Assembly (NCBI GenBank): GCA_030390025.1
Contig: CM059432.1
Span: 95,668,001 to 95,732,000 of the forward strand
DNA from: Squalus acanthias
Taxonomy: Eukaryota
DNA length: 64,000 nucleotides
Reading direction: 5' to 3'
The position numbers and the translations under genes are program-made. The stretch's first letter is position 1. Every line of letters begins with the position of its first letter. Shown in pieces: positions 1 to 12,685 of this stretch. Under the pieces are notes generated by a model. That model had not been told where the DNA came from. It was given only the letters and a program-made list of their open reading frames with translations, and did no database searches.

Positions 1-3000
1 AAATACTTGGAAAGCACGTTTCTGGAAGTGGTCACCCTGCAGCCTCAGAATGTGCAGGCAGAGAGGGAATGGGTGACCCCCAGACAGAGAAGGAGGACCA
101 GGCAGGTAGGGCAGGAATCCCCAGAGTGCATCTCGCTCACTAACCGGTTCACAGTTCTGGAAACTGTTGGGGGTGATGGTTCTCTGGGGAGAGCAGCCAG
201 AGCCAAGGCCACGGCACCACGGGTGGCTCAGCTGCATGGGGTGGGGGAAGAAGAAGAGTGGAAGAGCAATAGTGATAGGGGATTCATTGATTAGGGGAGC
301 AGATAGGCGTTTCTGTGGACGCAGATGTGACTCCAGGATGGTATGTTGCCTCCCTGGTGACAGAGTCAAGGATGTCACTGAGCGGCTGCAGGACACTCTG
401 AGGGGGGGAGGGTGAACAGCCAGAGGTCGTTGTCCATATCGGTACCAACGACATCGGCAAAAAGAGGAATGAGGTCCTGCAGGCAGACTATAGGGATCTA
501 GGAAAGAGATTAAAAAGCAGCACCTCAAAGGTAGTAATCTCCGGATTACTCCCGGTGCCACGTGCTAGTGAGTACAGAAATAGGAGGATAGAACAGATGA
601 ATGTGTGGTTGGAGAGATGGTGCAGGAGGGAAGGCTTTAGATTCCTGAGGCACTGGGGCCATTTCTGGGGAAGGTGGGACCTGTACAAGCCAGACGGGTT
701 ACACCTCAACAGAGCTGGGACCAATATTCTCGTGGGGAGGTTTGCTAGTGCTGTTGGGGAGGGTGTAAACTAGCTTGGCAGGGGGATGGGCACCAGCATA
801 TAGGAGTAGAAAAGAGGAATAAGGTGCATAAGAGCATAAGTGTGTTGGATAGTACTAGAGAAGACAGTAGTACTAGAGGCGGAAGTAGTACCATATTAGA
901 TAGGAGCAAACTAAGAAAGACTACGAAAAATTCAAAAATGGGTTTAGAATGCATGTACGTAAACGCACAAAGTGTGGTGAATAAGGTTGGTGAGCTACAA
1001 GCACAATTAGCGTTGTGGCAATAACGGAAACGTGGCTTAAAAACGGTGAGGACTGGGCACTTAATATTCAAGGGTACAAGGTATTCAGAAAAGATAGGGA
1101 AGAAAAAAGGGAGGGGAAGTGGCAGTGCTGATTAAGGAAGACATTGTAGTGTTGGAAAGGGAGGATGTTCTTGAGGGGACAAGGACAGAATCCATTTGGT
1201 TAGAGTTGAGGAGCAAAAAGGGTATGATCACGATATTGGGGGTATTCTACAGGCCTCCAAATACAGGAAACTTTCGTTTATCCGGCACCCAAATATCCGG
1301 AATTCTCGCTTAACCGGCAAAAATCATCCTCCGAAAACTCCTCTCAAATAACCGGCAATGCTGCCGAGTCGCAGTCGAGTCTCCGCGAACGCCGAGTGCT
1401 CCGAAAAATCCTCTCAAATAACTGGCAATGTTGCCGATCCCGAGTCTGAGTCCGAGTCCGCGAACGCCGATTTAGTCAGTAGGGGTACTTTTCAAAAGTG
1501 CCACTACTCGGCCTCCTGGCGCTGTCGCAAGTCCGAAACATTGCAGTAGCATGAGTAGATTCTCCCGTGCTGCTTGGAGTCTCTTTGTTAAAAATAGCCT
1601 CGGTAGATATAACTCTCTGTTATCCGGTACTTTCGATAAACCGGCACCACGCCGGTCCCGTCGATGCCGGATAAACGAAAGTTTCCTGTAGTGAGAGGGA
1701 GGTAGAGGAACAAATCTGCAGGGAAATCGCAGAGATATGCAAGAGCTATAGAGTGGTGATATTGGGGGACTTTAATTACCCAAATATCGATTGGGATAAT
1801 GCTAGGGTCAAGGGAAAGGAGGGGGGAGGAATTTCTGAAATGTGTTCAGGAGAATTTCCTTGACCAGTATGTTCTTGGCCCAACTAGGAAGGAGGCATTG
1901 CTGGATCTGGTGCTGGGGAATGAGGTGGGCCAGGTCGACCAAGTGTCTGTGGGAGAACACTTGGGTACGAGTGATCATTGTATCATAAGATTTAGATTAG
2001 CAATGGAGAGGAGCAAGGAACAATCTAGAGTGGAACTTCTAAACTGGAATAGGGCTAACTTCAAAGGGATGCGAAAGGATCTAGCCAGGGTAAAATGGAA
2101 CCAAAGACTGACAGGAAAAACTGTAATGGAACAATGGTGATCTTTAAGGAGGAGATGTTCCAAGTACAGGCTAGGTATATTCCAACAAGAGGGAGGGTAA
2201 GAGAACCAAAGCAAGGGCTCCTTGGATGACGAGGGAGATAGAGAAGATGATGTGACAGCTTGGATCAGGAATTGGCTTAAGGACAGAAAATAGCGAGTTG
2301 TGGTAAATGGCTGTTTTACAGACTGGAGGATGGCAGACAGTGGTGTTCCCCAAGGGTCAGTGCTGAGGCCACTGCTTTTTTGATATTAAATGACCTGGAT
2401 ATTGGAATACAGAGTAGACTTTCTAAATTTGCCGATTACACCAAACTTGGGGGTGTGGCAAACAGTGAGGATGATACCAATCGACTGCAACAGGACATAG
2501 AAAGGCTAGCAGAATGGGCAGACAAGTGGCAGATGGAATTTAATACAGAGAAGTGTGAGGTGATGCATTTTGGCAGAAGGAACAGGGCGAGGCAATATAT
2601 ACTTAATGGCACAGTTTTAAAGAGTGTGCAGGGAGAGAGGGACCTGGGAGTTAATGTGCATAGGTCCCTGAAGGTGGCGGGACATCTTGAGAGAGCAAAG
2701 CATATGGGATCTTGGGCTTCATAAATAGAGGTATTGAGTACAAAAGTCGAGAAGTTATGCTGAACCTTTATAAAGCGCTGGTTAGGCCACAACTGGAGTA
2801 TTGCATCCAGTTTTGGTCACCACACTTTAGGAAGGATGTGAAGGCCCGAGAGGGTGCAGAGGAGATTTACCAGAATGATTCTGAGGATGGGGGATCTTAG
2901 CTACAAGGACAGGTTGGAGAAGCTGGATTTGTTTTCATTAGAGCAAAGGAGGTTGCGGGGTGATTTGATAGAGGTGTACAAGATTATGACTGATTTGGAT

Positions 3001-3320
3001 AGGCTAGATGGGGAAAGGCTGTTCTCACTAGTTAATGGTACAAGGACTAGGGGACACAGATTTAAGGTTTTGGGCAAGAGATACAGGGAGGATATGAGAA
3101 AAAACTTTTTCACGCAGCGAGTGGCGAGGACCTGGAACTCGCTGCCGACGGAAGTGGTGGAAGCGGAGACACTCAATGTTTTCAAGGGGAGACTGGATAG
3201 GCACTTGAGAGAAATAAACTTGCAGGGATAGAGCGGGCGAATGGGACTGACTGGATTGCTCTGCAGAGAGCTGGCGCAGATTCGATGGGCCGAATGGCCT
3301 CCTTCTGTGCCGTTCTGACT
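1..3320 (+). mobile_element. CR1 LINE, decayed: ORF1 SGNH/GDSL esterase, ORF2 endonuclease and RT C-terminus, with a large internal deletion near 2250
   Basis: IVIGDSLIRG / HIGTND / DGLH esterase motifs; GDFNYP, LLDLVL, SDH endonuclease motifs; SKFAD and NFFTQRV; CR1 3' tail gggccgaatggcctccttctg; frameshifts. Confidence 0.93.
1264..1688. mobile_element. Tc1/mariner (pogo/Tigger-like) MITE inserted in CR1
   Basis: Perfect 24-bp TIR CAGGAAACTTTCGTTTATCCGGCA and TA duplication. Removing it restores the CR1 YRPPNSER frame. Confidence 0.93.
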
Positions 3321-4306
3321 CTATATTCAAGACAGAGATCGATAGATTTTTGAATATTAAGGGAATCAAAGGGATATGGGAATAGTGCAGGAAAGTGGAG
3401 ATGAGGTAGAAGGTCATCCATGATATTGAATGGCCTACTCCTGTTCCTATTTCTTATGTCCTTGTGTGCAACTTTGCTAGCAAGCCTATTATGTGGCACT
3501 TTATCAAATGCTTTTTGGAAATCAATATACACCACGTCAACCGCATTGCCCTCATCAACCCTCTCTGTTACCTCATCAAAAAAACTCAAATCAATTTAGT
3601 TAAACACGATTTGCCTTTAACAAATCCATGCTGGCTTTCCTTAATTAATCCACACTTTCCAAGTGACTGTTAATCTTGTCCCTGATTATCGTTTCTAAAA
3701 GCTTCCCCACTACCGAGGTTAAACTGACTGGCCTATAGTTGCTGGGTTTATCCTTGCACCCTTTTTTGGACAAAGGTGTAACATTTGCAATTCTCCAGTC
3801 CTCTGGCACCACCCCCATATCTAAACAGGATTGGAAGATTATGGCCAGTACCTCCGTGATTTCCTTCTTAAGCTCCCTCAGCATCCTAGGATGCATCCCA
3901 TCCGATCCTGGTGACTTATCAACTTTAAGTATAGGCAGCCTTTCTAGTACCTCCTCTATCAATTTTTATCTCATCCAGTATCTCCACTACCTCCTCTTTC
4001 ATTATGACTTTGGCAGCATGTTCTTCCTTGGTGAAGACAGATGCAAAGTACTCATTTAGTACCTCATCCATCTCCTCTGCCTCCATGCGTAGATCTTTTT
4101 GGTTCCTAATCGGCCCCACCCCTCCTCTTACTACCTGTTTATTATTTATATGCCTATTGAAGACTTTTGAATTCCCTTTTATGTTAGCTGCCAATCTATT
4201 CTCATACTCTCTCTTTGCCCCTCTTCTCCTCTTTTTCACTTCCCCTCTGAACTTGCTATATTCAGCCTGATTCTCAACTTGACATCTTTCATACGCACTC
4301 TTTTTC

Positions 4307-4733
4307 AGCTGTGGCTCAGCACACTCGCCTTTGAGTCAGAAGGTTGTGGGTTCAAGTCCCACTCCAGGGACTTGAGCACATAAAGCTAAGCTGACACTTC
4401 AGTGCAGTGCTGAGGGAGTGCTGCACTATCGGATGAGATGTTAAACCAAGGCCCCATCTACACTCTCAGGTGGACGTAAAAGATCCCATGGCACTATTTC
4501 GAAGAGTAGGAGAGTTATCCCCGGTGTCCTGGCCAATATTTATCCCTCAACCAATATAACAAAAACAGATTATCTGGTCATTATCACATTGCTGTTTGTG
4601 GGACCTTGCTGTCTGCAAATTGGCTGCCGCATTTCACACATTACAGCAGTGACTCCACTTCAAAAGTACTTCATTGGCTGTAAAGCGCTTTGAGATGTCC
4701 GGTGGTCGTGAAAGGCGCTATATAAATGCAAGT
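4307..4733 (+). mobile_element. tRNA-derived DeuSINE (SacSINE1-like)
   Basis: tRNA-like head (tggctcag..., gggttcaagtccc), Deu core gtggacgtaaaagatcccatggcactattt, tail aaaggcgctatataaatgcaagt. Confidence 0.88.
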
Positions 4734-4844
4734 CTGTCTTTCTCTGTCTTTCTCTGTCTTTCTCTGTCTTTCTCTGTCTTTCTCTGTCTTTCTCTGTCTT
4801 TCTCTGTCTTTCTCTGTCTTTCTCTGTCTTTCTCTGTCTTTCTC
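4733..4844 (+). repeat. (TCTTTCTCTG)n tandem repeat expanded from the SINE tail
   Basis: About 11 perfect copies of a 10-bp unit. Confidence 0.95.
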
Positions 4845-5415
4845 GTCATCCAGGGAGCTCTGGCTTTAGTTGCCCTGCCTTTACCCATCTTGGAATTGTA
4901 CCTCGACTGTATGCGAACCATCTCCTCTTTAAAGGCAGCCCATTGTTCAATTACAATTTTGCCTGCCAATCTTTGATTCCAAGTTACCCGGGTCAGATCT
5001 TTTCTCCAACCCACTGAAATTTACCTTCCTCCAATTAAATATTTTTACACTAGATTGCTCTTTGTTCTTTTCCATAGCTAATCTAAACCTTATGATACTG
5101 TGATCACTGTTCCCTAAATGTACCCCTACTGACACTTGCTCCACTTGACCCACCTCATTCCGCAGAACTAGATCCAGCAATGCCTCCTTCCTCGTTGGGA
5201 TGGAAACGTACTGATCAAGAAAGTTCTCCTGAACACACTTCAGAAATTCTTCACCCTCTCTGCCCTTTACACTATTACTATCCCAGTCTATATTAGGATA
5301 GTTGAAGTCCCCCATTATTACTACTCTATAGTTCTTGCACCTCTCTAATTTCCCTGCAAATTTGCTCCTCTATATCTTCCTAGTTGGTGGCCTTTAGAAT
5401 ACACCTAGTAGTGTA

Positions 5416-6416
5416 TTCCTTCCTTCCCCCTCTCCCTCTTTCCCCCTCTCCCTCTTTCCCCCTTTCCCTCTTTCCCCCTCTCCCTCTTTCCCCCTCTCCC
5501 TCTTTCCCCTTCTCCCTCTTTCCCCTTCTCCCTCTTTCCCCCTCTCCCTCTTTCCCCCTCTCCCTCTTTCCCCCCTCTCCCTCTTTCCCCCTCTCCCTCT
5601 TTCCCCCTCTCCCTCTTTCCCCCTCTCCCTCTTTCCCCCTCTCCCTCTTTCCCCCTCTCCCTCTTTCCCCCTCTCCCTCTTTCCCCCTCTCCCTCTTTCC
5701 CCCTCTCCCTCTTTCCCCCTCTCCCTCTTTCCCCCTCTCCCTCTCTTTCCCCCTCTCCCTCTTTCCCCCTCTCCCTCTTTCCCCCTCTCCCTCTTTCCCC
5801 CTCTCCCTCTCTTTCCCCCTCTCCCTCTCTTTCCCCCTCTCCCTCTCTTTCCCCCTCTCCCTCTCTTTCCCCCTCTCCCTCTCTTTCCCCCTCTCCCTCT
5901 CTTTCCCCCTCTCCCTCTCTTTCCCCCTCTCCCTCTCTTTCCCCCTCTCCCTCTCTTTCCCCCTCTCCCTCTCTTTCCCCCTCTCCCTCTCTTTCCCCCT
6001 CTCCCTCTCTTTCCCCCTCTCCCTCTCTTTCCCCCTCTCTCCCTCTTTCCCCCTCTCTCCCTCTTTCCCCCTCTCCCTCTCTTTCCCCCTCTCACCCTCT
6101 TTCCCCCTCTCCCTCTCTTTCCCCCTCTCCCTCTCTTTCCCCCTCTCCCCCTCTTTCCCCCTCTCTCCCTCTTTCCCCCTCTCCCTCTCTTTCCCCCTCT
6201 CCCTCTCTTTCCCCCTCTCCCCCTCTTTCCCCCTCTCTCCCTCTTTCCCCCTCTCCCTCTCTTTCCCCCTCTCACCCTCTTTCCCCCTCTCCCTCTCTTT
6301 CCCCCTCTCCCTCTCTTTCCCCCTTTCCCCCTCTCTCCCTCTTTCCCCCTCTCCCCTCTTTCCCCCTCTCCCCCTCTTTCCCCCTCTCTCCCCTCTTTCC
6401 CCCTCTCTCTCTTCCC
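5416..6416 (+). repeat. About 1-kb polypyrimidine/polypurine minisatellite (15-18 bp units such as CCCCCTCTCCCTCTCTTT)
   Basis: Almost purely C/T on the + strand; produces the low-complexity ORFs in the track. Confidence 0.97.
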
Positions 6417-7147
6417 ATTTCACATTTGATGTTCAAAAGTTTAAATGTTTCTATTGCAGGGTGGCAATGATAGAGGAGAATTTTGCATTTCGGTCCAACC
6501 ACTTCTGAAATTCCTCAAGCCATTCTGTGAGATTCATGCTTTTCTATTTGCGAAGCTAGATGCTAGAATTTATTGCGTCCAGGTTTTTGAAGCAGCTTGC
6601 CCTTGCATTTTTACAAAGAAATCCAAGTCTTCCTTGCTTTTCTTCCTGTCTTTGTACTATTGCCTCTAGAAGGCTAGTCTTTTATTTGGAAGTGTCTGAT
6701 GTAGTCCGCCAGTTTTGAAAATATTGAAGATACCATGGCCTAGAAATTCGGGGGATTAGCGGCGGCCGTTAAGACTTGATTCGATGAAAAAAAATGGCAA
6801 TCACCATACTTCCGCCCGATGCCGACGGATCCCATGGGGGGCGGCAGCAATGCCGATGTCTGCGCTCGCTATCATTTTGGAGATTATGCAGATCATGATG
6901 TCAGTGAATGTGAAATGCTTACTTTGCGCCCGATCTACCATTTTGGAGTGCTGGCCTGTCTTAATTGCGACCAGCTGAGCAAGCGTTAAGGCTCCAGCAG
7001 TGATATTTAAAGGGATCATCAGCAACAACTTGCAGCTGACATGTTTGTTCAGTTTGACTGGCTCTGTGGAACTTTCTGCAAATCTAGCAGCTTTATAAAC
7101 TTCTTTCAAGGTCCTAAGGTGACGGGGAGTATTGGGGCAAATGAAGA

Positions 7148-8260
7148 ATGGCTTCATTCTTACTTGAAGGCTTCTGCTCAGAACACTTGCTCACAGTCAT
7201 GAGGTTCTACTGGCAGTCCCCCTCACGCTCGAGTATCTTTGGGGGAGGGAGCGGAGGCAGCAAAGAAGAGAATAAGATGCGCACAGAAGGAGGAGGAGGG
7301 CTCTCAATAGGAAGCCATACTGACCTAGGGTCTTCAGAGAGCACTTCTCCTATATCCACTTAAGTGAGGAGCAGTGTATTAGGAGGCTCCATTTCAGCAA
7401 GGAGGTGGTCACGCAACTCTACCACCTCCTGCAGCCTCGGAGGAGGGCGACCACAGCTCTCCCAGTGGCCCTCAATTTCTTCTCCAGCAGATCCTTCCAG
7501 TCTGCAGAAGGAGACATAGCTAACATATCCCAGTTCGCTGTCCATCGCTGCATTTGGGAGGTCACGAAGGCTCTCTACACCAGGAGAAGGGACTACGTTT
7601 TTTTCTTCTCTGAGCAGAGAGAAGCAGGACGAGTGCACATGTGACTTTGCCAGGTTAGCAGGCTTCCCCATGGTGCAGGGTGCCATCGGCTGTACCCGTG
7701 TCGCTTTGCAGGTGCCGCATAACAATCCTGAGATCTTCCGTAACCCGCAAAGGCTACCACTCACTTAATGTGCAGTTGTTGTGCGACCAAGCCCAGCGCA
7801 CTCTGATGGTCAATGCCCGCTATCCTGGCAGTGGTCATGATGCCGTCTTCCTGCGTCCAGCAATTTTTCAGCCACAACGTCAAACCTGAGGGTGGCTGCT
7901 TGGAGACGAGGGCTATCCACTCTGCACCTGGCTGATAACTCCCCCCAACATTCATGCCCAACACTCATATAACGAGAACCATGTTGCCACCAGGAACATC
8001 ATCGAGCAGACCATCGAGCTCCTGAAGCAACGGTTCCGCAGCCTTGACTGTTGGGGGGAGCCCTCCAGGACAATGGGTGTCCCATTTTGTGTTGGTCTGC
8101 TGCATACTTCATAACTTGGTCATGAGGACGCAGCCCTGGCCAGCAGGGATTGTGGGACCACCTGAGGAAGAGGATGAGGAGGAAGGGAGGGAGGCAAACA
8201 GCAAATCCCCCCCCCTTAGGCACGGACTGTCCGTGAACACCTCCTCAGACTCTTGAGTCG
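7148..8260 (+). pseudogene. Harbinger DDE transposase (HARBI1-like), frameshifted
   Basis: ALPVALNFFSSRSFQ, ISQFAVHRCI, GFPMVQGAIGCT (first Asp lost), [42 protein letters not shown]. Confidence 0.9.
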
Positions 8261-8425
8261 AGTGAATGAAACCCCAGATCCCCGTTGCTCACCACATCCT
8301 CATCATACCGTCCCTCTAGCACGGAATATCATAGCATCCTCCTGGGCACAAAGCTGAAATGAGAGCCACCACAAAACAGAGATTCCAAACAAAATGAATA
8401 CATTTATCAATAATCAAATACTATA

Positions 8426-10310
8426 TCAACTAATCACCCTTGTGCAATCCTGTAGTGCCTGTCGTTCGAGTGCCCTTTCCTGCTCTAGTGTTCCTAAGAA
8501 GTCCTCACCCAGTGGCTTCAGCATAGATAGTGGAAGGCTGCTGCGTTTCCATGGGGGAGACTTCAGATGGCCTTGCAGGATGACCTCGAGCAGCTCTGGA
8601 CCTAGAAGGCCCGGCTGTAGTCTGTAACACCTTGGCATTGGCAGCAGCAGTTTGGGCTGGCTGGCTGACGAGCAGTGGCAAGGGCAATGGCGGAGTGGCA
8701 GTTGTGTGAGTAGGAATACTGTCATCCTGAGAGGACAGCAGGTTCCTGCTCCACTGACCCACTCCCCCGGGGCGTCACTTCTGCATTCTTTTGCAATCTG
8801 TCGGAGGACAGATTGTTGGCCTGCTGCGACACCATGCCAGCCATGATGGCAGCAGTCTGATCTTGACTGGCAGCAAACTGAGACTGCAGGCCAGCTGTCT
8901 GCACTGACGTTGTCGCTTCTGCCTGCGTTGCAAATTCAGCCGCGACATCACTCATCACACGCAGTATCATGTCTGGGTCAACACAGTCTCTCCTGGAGTT
9001 TTCCATCATTTCCAGCCTGCAAATCATGGGCTCCAAGCTCTGTACAGAGCCCCGTGCAATGTTGAAGGCGGACTCCTCCAAGCTCCTTGACATTGCCAAG
9101 AGGCTCTCTGGCAAGCTTGCCATTGCACCTAGCAATTCGGTGTGCATGCCCATCACCCTTCTTCTGAAGGCCTCATCTGAGTCATGTGCAGCAGAACTCG
9201 CACGCAAAATCTCCCTCTGGGGAGTTGGCCCCCGAGCTACCCTATCCCTCTGGCCTTGCTGCAGCCCACTCATGCCCGGTGCTTCACCCTGTGCAGATTC
9301 CGCATCTACACTATCCTCTAAATTACACGCAGTGTCAGTTTCTGTGCTGGTGTCTGCGAGTGTCATCTTCTCTTCCCCCCCGCCCCCCTCGCTCTCCTCC
9401 ATCGTCTCGGGGTCAGGCTGTGCGGCTGCTTGTTCTTGGTTATCTGAAAGCAGAAAGGCACAAGGGTCATGTTGTGGTGAGCGAAGGTGGCGGGGGGAGA
9501 ACAAGAAATGCATGCGTACAGCATCCGCTTGTAAATGAGAAGAGACTGTGGGATGAGGGGCGAAGTGGGATGTGAAAAGAAGGATTAGGAATAAGCTTAC
9601 CGTTATTGCCGCAAGAGCTTCAACTTCACCCGTTGCCACGGCATCGGTGACTTCCTGTCAAATGATGTCAAGCACACTCTCCTCCAGTTGGCTCAAGGCC
9701 TGGATTGCGGCTGGCCGCCTTCCAAACCCCCCCACCCCAGGCTTGTCTGCCGCTGCTCCTGGCGACTGTGCGTGACCTTAGCCTGTAAGAGGAAGGGAAG
9801 TGTGTGTGAGAGTGCGGTGCAATGTGTTTGGGTGATGTGCCTGCCATAGCTGAATAGCTGTCAGTGTGCAAGATATGAGATTGTGGGTGAGAGTCTTGCA
9901 GTAGTGGTAAGGTTGTGAAGGTGAAGTGAAGCAATGATTGTGAGGTATGAGTGGTGATAGGTAGAGATTGTTGGTATGTGACTGATGGGGGTGTGGTGCA
10001 TTGAGTAGTGCGAGAGGCTTATGGTGCAGATGGTGGGATATGGCATTTGCTGAAGAGTTCACTCACCTTGACCAGCTGTGTGAGGTCATTTAAATTTCTT
10101 ACAGCATTGGATCCAGGACCTGGGGATCACGCTGTTGGCCGTCACGTAAGCAGAGATCTCCTGCCAGAGCCTTCTACACGTATGGGCCGATGGCTTCCTA
10201 CCGGTTTGCGGGAAGAGGACAGCCGCCTCCTCTCCACGGCCACCACCAGTGACTGCAGAGCCGCATCTGAGAACCGTGTTGCTCTCTCCCTCTGCTGCTG
10301 CTCAGCCATC
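8426..10310 (-). pseudogene. Harbinger Myb/SANT-like DNA-binding partner gene, spliced, decayed
   Basis: MAEQQQRERATRFSDAALQSLVVAVERRR; minus-strand donors near 10066 and 9599, acceptors near 9783 and 9444; long acidic low-complexity last exon. Confidence 0.75.
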
Positions 10311-10654
10311 TCTTGATAAATCGGTTCTGCTTCCAAGTGGCGCTCCAAATGGAATGACAATAAGGTGCTGCTGCATCAATGCACCTCCCCTTTAAGTAGT
10401 GGATAAAGCCTAGGCCAAACATGACTTGCAATTAGACTGCATAGGAACAGGATTCGACCATTCAGACCCTTGATCCTGTTCCGCCATTCAATGAGATCAT
10501 GGCTGATCTGCGACCTAACTCCATATACCCACCTTTGGCCCATATCCCTTAATACCTTTGGTTAACAAGCTATCAATCTCCGATTTAAAATTAATAATTG
10601 ATCTAGCATCAATTGTCATTTGCGGAAGAGAGTTCCAAACTTCTACCACTCTTT

Positions 10655-11269
10655 GGGGGAAAAATTGGGTGGCATCCCTTTTGGGACGCTAACGTTGCCG
10701 GGGCACTAATTTCAGTGCCTCGAAAAAGGTAGCACCCCTCCATCGGAAATTCATTAATAGCGCCCCAAGCAGGAGGTGGAGTGCTACTGAAAGCACTCCC
10801 TCCTTCTTGGGGCGGTACAACTGAAGATATCGGCGCTACGTGCAACAGCGCCACGCACATCGGCAAGTAGTGCCGCATCATTGCAGGCCTCCTCCCCTGA
10901 TTAAAGAGGAGGGGCCCTGCTAGACCGGCACCCCGAGGGAAAAAAGGGAAAGGGGGCAGGTGCTGGCAGTTGGCCAAAAAAAAATGGCCACCACTGCAAA
11001 AACGCCCCGATACTGTCGGACATATCGTCCGGTGATAGGTCAGGGGGCACAAGCGAAGTTTGCGGCCGGGGCACAAGCGGGACACTGCGCACGACAATGA
11101 TGTCATCGCCAGTGCCGCAGGGCGCTACCGGCTACTGTCGCCGCTAACCTCCCGCTGAATTTCGCGGGAGGTGTTAGCGGCGCTGCGCCCGGGCACTAGG
11201 AGATTTGCGCCCCATTAGTGCCCCCCTGGGGTGCTAACGAGAGGCGCAAATCAACCCAATTTTTCCCCC
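10655..11269. mobile_element. GC-rich Harbinger-type MITE, family A
   Basis: Perfect 16-bp TIR GGGGGAAAAATTGGGT, TTT duplication, interrupts CR1; similar to 34241-34964. Confidence 0.9.
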
Positions 11270-12088
11270 TTTATGTGTAGAAGTGTTTCCTAATTTCACT
11301 CCTGAAAGGTCTGGCTCTAATTTTTAAATGTCCCCTAGTCCTAGAATCCCCAACCAGCGGAAATAGTTTCTCTCTACCTTATCTGTTCATCTTAATATCT
11401 TGAAAACTTCGATCAGATCACCCTTTAACCTTCTAAATTCTAGGGAATACAACCCTAATTTGTGTAATCTCTCCTCGTAACTTAATCCTTGAAGTCCGGG
11501 TATCATTCTGGTAAACCTACGCTGCACTCCCTCCAAGGCCAATATATCCTTCCTAAGGTGTGGTGCCCAGAACTGCTTACAGTACTCCAGGTGTGGTCTA
11601 ACCAGGGTTTTGTATAGCTGCAGCATAACTTCTACCCTCTTATATTCTAGTCCTCTAGCTACAAAGGCCAGCATTCAAGTAGCCTTTTTGATTATGTTCT
11701 GTACCTGTTCATGACAGTTTAATGATCTCTGTACCTGGACCCCCAAGTCTCTTTGGACCTCCACTGTTTTAGCTTTTCACCATTTAGAGAATACCCTGTT
11801 CTATCCTTTTTCGGTCCAAAGTGGATGACCTCACATTTGCCTACATTGAAATCCATTTGCCACAGTTTTGCCTATTTACTTAATCTGTCAATATCTCTTT
11901 GTAATTTTATGCTTTCATCTACACTGCCTACAGTGCCGCCTATCTTTGTGTCATCGGCAAATTTGTATATGTGACTTTCTATGCCATCATCTAAGTAGTT
12001 AATAAATACTGTGAATAGTTGAGGCCCCAACACAGATCCCTGCGGGACACACCTAGTCACATCCTACCAATTTGAGTACGTACCCATT

Positions 12089-12685
12089 GGGCTGGATTTT
12101 GATACTGGGGCGGGCTAGGGGTCGTGTTATCCACCCGACTGCAATTGGATGTGGGAGATTGATGCGATTTTCACCTAATTGGGCAGTTGAGTTCCAGCAT
12201 GTGGGAACCCATGACCCAATTAGTGTTTTCAGTCTGAAAGTCGCCTCTGATGATGTCATTGCTGCTGCATTGAAGGTCTGCAAAGACTGCCTGGCCTTTG
12301 CTGTGAGAGGACCTGGAGGCAAAATGAGCAGCAGCCCTAAGTCTGCTCCCAGAAACAACAACAACACCGCCGCCACCTCCTCATAGTGGGCCTGCAGCTG
12401 ATAGTCAGCAATCCAAATGTGCTACCACCAGCTTTCACATTCGTGATTCAGAACAGGCATGCTTCATGTGGAAAAAGGGTTAAAATCACAAAGGCCTTTC
12501 AAAATGGCATTATAGAGGCAAATTAGTGCTCGTTAGGGGCCTTAACGGCCTATCCCAACTCTTGGAGGCGGGGCCAGCAGACATGTTTTAATGAAAATTG
12601 CATGGAGGCGGGCTTGTGCCCGCCCGCCAGTTTTCGCAATTTTAACCCCCCCACTGGCCTCCACGGGTCAATGAAAATTCTGCCC
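12089..12685. mobile_element. Harbinger-type MITE
   Basis: Imperfect TIR GGGCTGGATTTT/AAAATTCTGCCC, ATT duplication, interrupts CR1 RT. Confidence 0.85.

Larger units (their letters stand above)
3460..5420 (-). mobile_element. CR1 LINE ORF2 fragment (endonuclease C-terminal half to RT N-terminal half), interrupted by a SINE
   Basis: Minus-strand ORFs MGDFNYPNIDW..., KSPGSDGMHPR, NYRPVSLTS, YIDFQKAFDKVPH. Confidence 0.92.

Noticed and set aside
4307..4375. tRNA gene
   Set aside because: It is the tRNA-derived head of a SINE and continues into the Deu core
5380..6508. Long ORFs of 293-374 aa
   Set aside because: Translations of a C/T tandem repeat that cannot contain stop codons; no coding evidence
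7148..8260. Domesticated HARBI1 gene (also 58791-59720)
   Set aside because: Frameshifts or stops, damaged catalytic motifs, and location within TIR-bounded elements
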